DNA of 64,000 nucleotides from the IMG/VR virus record IMGVR_UViG_3300045988_005351, positions 1-64,000 of that record. One strand, given 5' to 3'. The stretch comes from a virus. Under the pieces are notes generated by a model. That model ran no database searches. It saw only the letters and a list, made by a program, of their open reading frames with translations, and was not told the DNA's origin. Positions 1 through 6,448 of the stretch are shown here, in pieces (the first letter of the stretch is position 1; every line of letters begins with the position of its first letter). The translations under genes were made by a program, and so were the position numbers.

Positions 1-459
1 TAGGTGGGTATAGTAAATATCCCACTTAGCCACTATTTCATACACACAACACAAGGTGTATCACATTGAGACAGAGGATGAAGATTACCCTCATGCCAGA
101 AAAGCTATATCTTCTATCATGGAGGATGTACTTGGCTATAAGCAGGGTACTAATTCTAATGAGTGTTAAGAGTATGAGGTTTCTATTAAGGAGATGATAC
201 TATCAGCCTGACTTATATAGCATATACTTAGTTATCCCTATATAATGTATAAGAATGGTATCTACTAAACTCTCTAATATCTTAAAGTACTGGAGGTCAC
301 TAGCTTTAATAAATACAGTGCTTAAGGTGATTAGTATATATTGATTAATGCAGTAGTTATCCTATGACATGAGTCTCAGCTTGTTATCTGGATTACTATG
401 CAAATAGGCTCAAATCCTATATCACCTACTATTTATTAACACATTAAATCCACAAGAAA

Positions 460-783
460 ATGAAGAAGTACATTGTTTATGACACCACTGGTAATCCAGT
501 AGGTGTTCCTTTCAACACATGGAAGGATGCAGAGACCTATAAGATAGTCTATGGGAGACCTGATTGGACTGTCAAGTTAGCACACATCCATATAGACCAC
601 AAGTCAACTGAGAGACAGAGAAGAGCTGTCTCATTTGTTGAAGAATGGTGTAATATCTCATTTGAAGGTAATATAAATGACTTCTATGAGGTATCAGACT
701 TCCTTGCAGACTATCTGGACACTGCTAAAGAGATTGCAGAAGATGCTGCTGCATCATATTGGTCAATGATAAATGGTTACTAA
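460..783 (+). CDS. hypothetical protein (107 aa)
   Basis: ATG ORF at the head of the co-directional + strand gene train; no motif recognised. Confidence 0.45.
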   Translation: MKKYIVYDTTGNPVGVPFNTWKDAETYKIVYGRPDWTVKLAHIHIDHKSTERQRRAVSFVEEWCNISFEGNINDFYEVSDFLADYLDTAKEIAEDAAASYWSMINGY

Positions 784-1006
784 GATGAACACAGTGAAGA
801 AGATATTGAAGGGCATGTTGCTATGGGTGACAACCTTCACAGTCATACTATTCATATCAGGAGTGAATAGTATAACTGACCAAGGTTACTTAGTGCCTTG
901 GTTGGTAGTTTGTGCCATTCTATGCTACTTATGCTACAAGTTCATATCTGAGGAGGAGTTAGAAATTCTCTCAGGTTATAAGTGGCTAGACAAGAAAATT
1001 ACGTAG
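773..1006 (+). CDS. small membrane protein (77 aa; alternative ATG at 785)
   Basis: Two hydrophobic helices (LLWVTTFTVILFISGV, VPWLVVCAILCYLCY); overlaps the upstream stop. Confidence 0.45.
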   Translation: MVTKMNTVKKILKGMLLWVTTFTVILFISGVNSITDQGYLVPWLVVCAILCYLCYKFISEEELEILSGYKWLDKKIT

Positions 1007-1067
1007 TAATAATCTGTTAAAATGATTTGATTGTACACTCCCAGTCTGTGAAGATAGGGAGTGAAAT

Positions 1068-1250
1068 GCCTCCATAGTTCAAAGGATAGAACAACTCTAA
1101 GTAAATCATTTATACTATTGCATAAAAGCTAAGGCTGATTAGCTCAACTGCACAGAGCAGGGGTTTCCTAAACCTCAGGTTGGGAGTTGGAGTCTCCCAT
1201 CAGCCACATTTTGCTTAGAGTAAATACTGGTTCGAGTCCAATTAGAGGTA
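1068..1250 (+). tRNA. split tRNA-like gene: 5' half 1068-1098, 3' half 1210-1250, separated by about 111 nt that contains tRNA-Arg
   Basis: Hand fold. 5' half: acceptor gcctcca, D arm gttc/gaac, anticodon-stem strand actct. 3' half: loop tttgctt, agagt, T arm actgg-ttcgagt-ccaat, acceptor tagaggt. The anticodon stem actct/agagt is perfect across the insertion. The acceptor has one C-A mismatch and one G-U, and the T stem has one mismatch. Possible anticodon UGC with atypical U37. Confidence 0.3.
1133..1206 (+). tRNA. tRNA-Arg (anticodon CCU)
   Basis: Hand-folded cloverleaf: acceptor ggctgat/atcagcc, D stem gctc/gagc, anticodon stem ggggt/acctc with loop ttCCTaa, T stem gggag/ctccc. Atypical T loop ttggagt, and the D loop lacks GG. 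Confidence 0.7.
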
Positions 1251-1281
1251 CTAGAATGTTAAACAATTAAATTACTAGAAT

Positions 1282-1482
1282 ATGGTTAGGACTATGAAAG
1301 AAGCAGTTATAACCATACCACAAGATGAGTATGAACATCTGAGGAGACTCAAGCAATTTATCAATAATTGGTATAGAACACCTATATGGGCATGTCCTAA
1401 ATGTGGTACATATAACCCTGAGGGATATATCTGTATAAATTGTTCTTATGACAATTCTACTGGTAAGTTTAGAATACAGTAG
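1282..1482 (+). CDS. zinc-ribbon protein (66 aa)
   Basis: Two CxxC pairs (CPKCG ... CINCS). The ATG lies 6 nt after the 13-mer acaattaaattac. Confidence 0.55.
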   Translation: MVRTMKEAVITIPQDEYEHLRRLKQFINNWYRTPIWACPKCGTYNPEGYICINCSYDNSTGKFRIQ

Positions 1483-1547
1483 TAAAGTGCGCAGCCAGTA
1501 TCATCCTATGTATCTAACTGGTCATAGGGTGTACTGGCACTACTCAT

Positions 1548-1932
1548 GGGGCTGTTTGGTTTTGACTGGTGGCTACTGGGTATGAGGACATGCAGAGACT
1601 GATGGAGAGACATCAAAACTTTAGGTGGCAACAGAATTTCTGCACCTGTAGCTCTTGCTGCTTAAGCAATCTACTGAGTTAGTCACTGACTTGGAAACAG
1701 AATAGTGACAAAACAAGTAAGGTCAAGAAGGAAGTATAATAAAGCTATACCTACTTTCAGTGCTTAATGGGTGTGACCTTTCAGATTTCTTGCATAGATG
1801 AATGCAAGTGGTGGATGATGTTGACAATCCAGTCAACCCCAGCAGAGAACCAACTGCATAATAAAGTGGTAAGCATGTGTAATCCTTATATTGAGGGCTA
1901 TTAGGACAGGGGTTCAACTCCCCTCAGCTCCA
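1548..1932 (+). ncRNA. ssrA: tmRNA (SsrA), tag peptide GNRISAPVALAA
   Basis: The 5' end ggggctgtttggttttgac and 3' end ggacaggggttcaactcccctcagctcca match the tRNA-like ends of bacterial SsrA (acceptor ggggctg/cagctcc, T arm gggg-ttcaact-cccc). The internal frame ggc aac aga att tct gca cct gta gct ctt gct gct taa (1627-1665) ends in the canonical ALAA-stop. Confidence 0.9.
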
Positions 1933-1963
1933 CAATTAACATCAACAATTAAATTACATTAGA

Positions 1964-2245
1964 ATGGCAAAGATTGTAAACAATGACAAGGGGTTCAAGG
2001 TAATCAGCTTGTCAATCGAAGATGCTGCATCTCTAGGCTTTGGTCTATATGGTTCAGGTGCTTGTGTCTGTATGCACTGTGACAAGGGTTGCTTAAGTGG
2101 AGACATCTACTATATAGCAGTACTTAATGACACCATGTGCAAGGACTGCTATGAGGAGTGGCTCAAAGATGCTGTGAAGTATGCAGATGATGCTCCATAC
2201 GAGGAGCAGAACTTCAACCGTTATAAGGAGGCATTGGGCTTATGA
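1964..2245 (+). CDS. Cys-rich hypothetical protein (93 aa)
   Basis: Cysteine clusters CVCMHCDKGC and CKDC. The ATG lies 6 nt after the second copy of acaattaaattac. Confidence 0.55.
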   Translation: MAKIVNNDKGFKVISLSIEDAASLGFGLYGSGACVCMHCDKGCLSGDIYYIAVLNDTMCKDCYEEWLKDAVKYADDAPYEEQNFNRYKEALGL

Positions 2246-2373
2246 TTATCCTTATATTAGAGTGTATGCTGCTTGGTATAGTAGCTGCACTGACAGGTAT
2301 CTTCTATAACTATACTCTATGTAATGTAGTATTGGTAAATTGGGCAGAGAATGAGGGTGGCTTCAAAGGTTAG
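2242..2373 (+). CDS. small hydrophobic protein (43 aa)
   Basis: ATGA overlap with the upstream stop. Translation MIILILECMLLGIVAALTGIFYNY... is one transmembrane helix. Below the ORF-track size cutoff. Confidence 0.35.
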   Translation: MIILILECMLLGIVAALTGIFYNYTLCNVVLVNWAENEGGFKG

Positions 2374-2709
2374 ATAGCTAACCCTTTAGGTGCTTGTATA
2401 TATATTGTAGTACTACATGGATAACTATATTCATTATGGCTATTTATTGGCTATCATGGAGTAGTTGCCCAGATGTAGCTACTATAATAATATGTACCTT
2501 AGCTGCTATAGGTGTGCAACATCTTATAATCAGAATATTTGTAGAACTTAACAATTGAGAGTAGATTATGTATTTCAAAGAGGATGAGCCAACAGGAGTA
2601 CTTATAACAATACCTCTTCCTGACCCTACTTATCAGGGTAGTTATTGGTATTAGAGTTAAATTTATGTTAAAGGTAGGTCATTTGTTTGATAGTATCAAA
2701 CTTTTGGCT

Positions 2710-2717
2710 TACCTTTG
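2710..2717 (+). promoter_or_regulatory. Bacteroides-type -7 promoter box TAccTTTG (TAnnTTTG)
   Basis: Exact match to the TAnnTTTG consensus, 29 nt upstream of the ATG at 2747. Confidence 0.3.
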
Positions 2718-2746
2718 CAAAGTCAAACAAGATAAAGAGAAGAGAC

Positions 2747-2917
2747 ATGAGTAAAGAGGTATGGAAAGATGTAGTAGGTTATGAGGGATTATACCAAGTT
2801 TCCTCTATAGGAAGAGTAAAGTCCTTACCTAAGAGTGGCTCAGGAGGGCATCTTGAATCTATTATTCTTAAACAGAATACTGATAAGGGTGGTTATAAAT
2901 GGAAATATAAAGTATAA
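2747..2917 (+). pseudogene. truncated homing-endonuclease remnant (NUMOD4-type N-terminus only)
   Basis: MSKEVWKDVVGYEGLYQVSSIGRVKSL is the typical N-terminal DNA-binding module of phage HNH/NUMOD4 endonucleases. The ORF stops after 56 aa with no nuclease domain. Confidence 0.5.
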
Positions 2918-2932
2918 TTTAATTTTAGTGGT

Positions 2933-4351
2933 ATGTGTTCTAAATTAAATCCAAGATTAAAGCCTGCACCTAAGTTTGAGGACACTCAACTGGCAGGTGG
3001 TTATGGTGCATTAGCTGCTAGACAATCCAATGTAGCATTGCTTAGAAGAGCAGTGCTGGCTAATCTCCTTTGGGAAGATGTAGCATACATGGATGGTGAG
3101 AAAGTAGCCAATGAGATTAAGAGGTTAATACCTCTGTGTCCTGCTGAGGATGTATATAACATAGCTCTTGAAGCTAGGTTAATGCAGAAACTGAGACATA
3201 CTCCATTGTTTATAGCAGTGGAAATGTGCAAGTACCCTGAACATAAGTTATTTGTTAAGGACTTGTTACCAAAGATAATCACAAGAGCTGATATGCTCAC
3301 TGACTTCTTGGCTATATATTGGAAGGGCAAGAAATGCCCTATCTGTAACCAAGCTAAGAAAGGTCTGGCTTTAGCCTTCCACAACTTCAATGAGTATAAG
3401 TTGGCTAAGTATGACAGAGATGCTGCTATCAAGCTCAGAGATGTGATGTTCTTGGTACATGCCAAGCCTAGAAATCAGTATGAGCAGGAGTTGTTCAATA
3501 AGGTAGCTGAGAGAACTCTCACACCACCTGAGACATGGGAAGTCATGTTATCTAGAGGTGAGGATAAGAAAGCTACTTGGACTAAGCTCATTACAGAAGG
3601 TAAGATAGGAGGATTAGCTATGTTGAGGAATATAGCTAATATGCAGAAAGCTAATGTGGATAGAAAGACTATTCAAGATGGTCTTAAGACACTGAGAAGC
3701 TCAATGCTGTTACCTCTTGACTTCTGGAAGGCTGCTAGGATGAACTCAGTATTTGAGAGAGACATTGAGGATGCTATGATTGAGGCATATAAGAACTTAC
3801 CTAAACTTCCTGGTAAGACACTGTTTATAGTGGATGTATCAGGTTCTATGGGTTCTTTAACCTCTGGTAGTTCTCAGTTCAATAGAATGGACCAAGCCTG
3901 TGCTATGGCTATCTTGGCAGCTAATCAGTGTGAGGACTATGAGCTTGTAGCCACAGCAGGTAATGATGGTTCAAGAAGGAATGCCTCAGAGTGGATTGAA
4001 TATCCCAAGAGAGGTTTTGCTCTTGCTCCACAGATAATGGAGACCAGACATAGGATTGGTGGTGGAGGTATATTCACCAGACAGTGCCTAGAATGGTGTA
4101 AGAATAAGTTCAAAGACAAGAAGTTTGATAGAATTATTATATTCTCAGACTCTCAAGACTGTGACTATCCTGAGAAGATAGTACCTAAACCATTTGGTAC
4201 ATATAACTACATTGTAGATGTATCTGCCCATACAAGAGGAGTGAACTACAAGGGTGTATGGACTGCTGAAGTGAGTGGTTGGAGCGAGAGCTTTATAACA
4301 TTTATAGCTGCTTTAGAAGGTTTGGAAAACAAATTTGATGAAGATGCTTAA
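2933..4351 (+). CDS. rsr: Ro60/Rsr-like RNA-binding protein (TROVE domain + vWA domain)
   Basis: KYDRDAAIKLRDVMFLVHAKP and GGLAMLRNIANM align by eye with the Ro60 blocks [21 protein letters not shown] and LTALLRNLGKM. A C-terminal vWA MIDAS motif follows (FIVDVSGSMGS). Confidence 0.75.
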   Translation: MCSKLNPRLKPAPKFEDTQLAGGYGALAARQSNVALLRRAVLANLLWEDVAYMDGEKVANEIKRLIPLCPAEDVYNIALEARLMQKLRHTPLFIAVEMCKYPEHKLFVKDLLPKIITRADMLTDFLAIYWKGKKCPICNQAKKGLALAFHNFNEYKLAKYDRDAAIKLRDVMFLVHAKPRNQYEQELFNKVAERTLTPPETWEVMLSRGEDKKATWTKLITEGKIGGLAMLRNIANMQKANVDRKTIQDGLKTLRSSMLLPLDFWKAARMNSVFERDIEDAMIEAYKNLPKLPGKTLFIVDVSGSMGSLTSGSSQFNRMDQACAMAILAANQCEDYELVATAGNDGSRRNASEWIEYPKRGFALAPQIMETRHRIGGGGIFTRQCLEWCKNKFKDKKFDRIIIFSDSQDCDYPEKIVPKPFGTYNYIVDVSAHTRGVNYKGVWTAEVSGWSESFITFIAALEGLENKFDEDA

Positions 4352-4462
4352 GTTGTGTAAAGTTTGTCAAATCTCAGACTTAGTAATGAGTAGAGAAAAG
4401 ATGAAAGAGCAACTGTGATAATTTCAACACTCTGACGAGTGTTCTATAGGCTTTTAACTATA

Positions 4463-4554
4463 AAAGGTATCATTAGTGAGGATAGGAGTTACTTCAGCTT
4501 GAAAATGTAATTCTAGCCAATCAATACTCCTGTCAGGAGTTCTATGATACCTTT
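4463..4554 (+). ncRNA. 92-nt stem-enclosed structured RNA element carrying motif copy 1
   Basis: An 11-bp perfect closing stem aaaggtatcat (4463-4473) / atgataccttt (4544-4554). Inside are the TAGTGA..AGTTACTTCA hairpin and the hairpin actcct-gtc-aggagt. It abuts tRNA-Lys. Confidence 0.35.
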
Positions 4555-4560
4555 CACATG

Positions 4561-4705
4561 GAGGAGTTAGCTCAGATGGTAGAGCAGTTTTATAGAATCA
4601 TACTCTATACACCTTTCTCTCTATATCAATGAGTAGTGAAGTGTAGAGTTACTTCAATAATGCCTTTTAAGCAACAGGTCATAGGTTCAAGTCCTATACT
4701 CCTCC
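4561..4705 (+). tRNA. tRNA-Lys (UUU) interrupted by a 72-nt insertion (4590-4661) in the anticodon stem
   Basis: Acceptor gaggagt/actcctc, D arm gctc-agatggta-gagc, T arm atagg-ttcaagt-cctat. Joining gtt (to 4589) to gc (from 4662) gives anticodon stem gttgc/gcaac with loop ctTTTaa and a canonical 73-nt tRNA. Confidence 0.65.
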
Positions 4706-4769
4706 CTTACTTTGTTGGATTTGTGTGTTCTACCTCACTGGTATGTGAATATAGGTGAGGTTTCTACAA

Positions 4770-4908
4770 GGCGGAGTAGCTAAATGGTAAAGCAACACCC
4801 TTACAGAATTTCTCTGGTAAAGCAGTAGTGAGTTGTTAGGGTTACTTCAAGGTTATAGCATTAGTTTCATGGTACTAAAGTATGTAAGTTCGAGTCTTAC
4901 CTCCGCCA
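4770..4908 (+). tRNA. tRNA-like gene (CAU-type anticodon, 8-nt loop) with a ~66-nt insertion (4795-4860) after the D arm
   Basis: Acceptor ggcggag/ctccgcc, D arm gcta-aatggta-aagc, anticodon stem ttagt/actaa with loop ttCATggt (8 nt), variable agtat, T arm gtaag-ttcgagt-cttac. Confidence 0.55.
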
Positions 4909-5112
4909 CTTATTACCTACCTCACCTAGCGTAGTTGTACAGAGTGAGACCTAATAGGAAGCATCAAAGGAACTATCCTAGCCACACTGGTATGCTGTTC
5001 AGTGAGTGAGAAAATGAGCAGCCCCGAAGCATAGTGGGGATAATGTCAAGGAGTACCATCCTTAAGCAGCTATGTAAAACTGGTTGACAATCTGGAAAGA
5101 CAGATAATAAAT

Positions 5113-5240
5113 GGGGGAGTAGCTAAATTGGTTACAATACTCTAGCTGTTATTCTCTGGAAGCAGTAGTGTTAGCAAAGAGTTACTTCAAGCATTCATCT
5201 GATAAATGAAAGTATATTGGTTCGAGTCCAATCTCCCCCA
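5113..5240 (+). tRNA. tRNA-Ile (GAU) with a ~54-nt insertion (about 5135-5188) in the D loop
   Basis: Acceptor gggggag/ctccccc. D-stem strands gcta (5122-5125) and aagc (5189-5192) are separated by the insertion. Anticodon arm ttcat-ctGATaa-atgaa, variable agtat, T arm attgg-ttcgagt-ccaat. Confidence 0.6.
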
Positions 5241-5464
5241 CAAGATAGAGATTAGTGAATGTTACAGTTACTTCATATTATGACTAGTATATTTGTTTAA
5301 CATTCAATCAAGAAAGGAGTAGATTTATTTACAACTTTTCAATTCAACCAACTGTGGCAGAGTTGTTCTACCTCTATTAAGAGGGCTGTGGTAGCAATAC
5401 TATAGTCCTCTTTCTTTTTGATAACTGTGTTAGCTACATATATTGTATTACTAAAAGAAAAAGT

Positions 5465-5860
5465 ATGACAAAGACAAAGGAAAGTGTCGAGAGAGTCGAG
5501 GACTTGAAGGCACAAGTGAAAGACCTTCTTGGTGTAGATGCCATGATGGATGAAGATGTGACTAAGGACATGAAGGAAACCCTTATCACTCAAGCTAAGA
5601 ACAATGGTGAGGAACACATCGAAGAGGTGATTGACACCATTGAGAAAGCACTTGAGAAGATTAAGGACCCTGAGTTCAAGGCTATCATCGCTTCTATCAT
5701 CTGGACTAAGTGTCCTATGGGTATGCAGGAGTCCTGCATTGAACTCCACAACAAGATACTATGTGCTGCAATGGCTGCTCATATGCAGAAGCACACTGAG
5801 GGCAATCCCCTTGTAGGTCTTGCACTGCTGGCAGCTACATTGAAAAACAAACTGCAATGA
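5465..5860 (+). CDS. hypothetical acidic protein (131 aa)
   Basis: ATG ORF, plausible composition, coupled to the next gene (ATGA overlap at 5857). Confidence 0.55.
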   Translation: MTKTKESVERVEDLKAQVKDLLGVDAMMDEDVTKDMKETLITQAKNNGEEHIEEVIDTIEKALEKIKDPEFKAIIASIIWTKCPMGMQESCIELHNKILCAAMAAHMQKHTEGNPLVGLALLAATLKNKLQ

Positions 5861-6228
5861 GTGAAATCAAGGTGAGTGTCAGTATTACACTACAAGGTGG
5901 TGTGATGCTGACCCAAGCTGAGGCTGAACAGCTTGAGAAGAACAAAGTAGGCACTGGCTATGACCTGACTAGAATCAAGGTTGAGAACAAGAAAGGTAAT
6001 GCTGATGTCATCAACGTGAGGACTAGGAAGTTCAGAACTGCCACACAGACCATAAGCATGTGCAAAGAGGCTTATGAGTACATGACAAGCAAGGATAGCT
6101 GTCCTCCCAGCATCAAACAGTTTGTATGGGCTAAGATGAAGCCTGTACAGAGACTGGAGGCACATCTGGACTTGGTGTGCAAGCACCTCAAAGGCATCTC
6201 CTATACCTATAAGGTATTTGATGATTGA
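5857..6228 (+). CDS. hypothetical protein (123 aa)
   Basis: ATG ORF overlapping the upstream stop. Confidence 0.55.
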   Translation: MSEIKVSVSITLQGGVMLTQAEAEQLEKNKVGTGYDLTRIKVENKKGNADVINVRTRKFRTATQTISMCKEAYEYMTSKDSCPPSIKQFVWAKMKPVQRLEAHLDLVCKHLKGISYTYKVFDD

Positions 6229-6259
6229 GTAATAACAACATCACTTATACTGTAGAAGT

Positions 6260-6448
6260 ATGGAGTTTCTTGTGGTATTAGTGTCCTTATTGGGAGTTAT
6301 ACTCCTGATAAGGACATTTACTAGGTATGACCCTAATCTTGACTTGGTACAGTCAGGTAGAAAGTACATACTGTTCCTGTGGTACAACAAGTACAACTGG
6401 AGTGGTGAGTATGAGGGCAGAAGGTACATTAAACTGTTTGAGATATGA
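6260..6448 (+). CDS. small membrane protein (62 aa)
   Basis: N-terminal hydrophobic helix MEFLVVLVSLLGVILLI; ATGA coupling to the next ORF. Confidence 0.45.
   Translation: MEFLVVLVSLLGVILLIRTFTRYDPNLDLVQSGRKYILFLWYNKYNWSGEYEGRRYIKLFEI

Larger units (their letters stand above)
4474..5275 (+). repeat. five dispersed copies of a 23-24 nt motif TAGTGA-N7-8-(A/G)GTTACTTCA
   Basis: Copies at 4474-4496, 4634-4656, 4826-4849, 5166-5189 (TAGTGT variant) and 5253-5275. AGTGA can pair with TTACT to give a 5-bp hairpin. Copies 2-4 lie inside tRNA insertions; copies 1 and 5 lie outside tRNAs. Confidence 0.8.

Noticed and set aside
1004-1488. The TAG stops at 1004-1006 and 1480-1482 are each followed immediately by an in-frame TAA, and the one at 9187-9189 by TGA one codon later. 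This could hint at leaky TAG termination.
   Set aside because: Only three cases, in AT-rich sequence where TAA is frequent. There is no supporting suppressor tRNA.
4426-4443. CUGACGA string resembling the hammerhead ribozyme CUGANGA core, downstream of the Ro60-like gene.
   Set aside because: It is simply the loop and 3' arm of a perfect 7-bp hairpin (aacactc-tgac-gagtgtt). No GAAA strand, cleavage-site helix or stem II/III arrangement could be drawn.
4681-4793. I tested whether the tRNA-like genes could be read in the circularly permuted order of canonical YrlA-type Y RNAs (T arm and 3' acceptor strand of one unit pairing with the 5' acceptor strand and D arm of the next).
   Set aside because: The 3' acceptor strand of the Lys gene (actcctc) is not complementary to the 5' acceptor strand of the next gene (ggcggag). 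Each unit pairs only with itself, so the topology is that of ordinary tRNAs with insertions.
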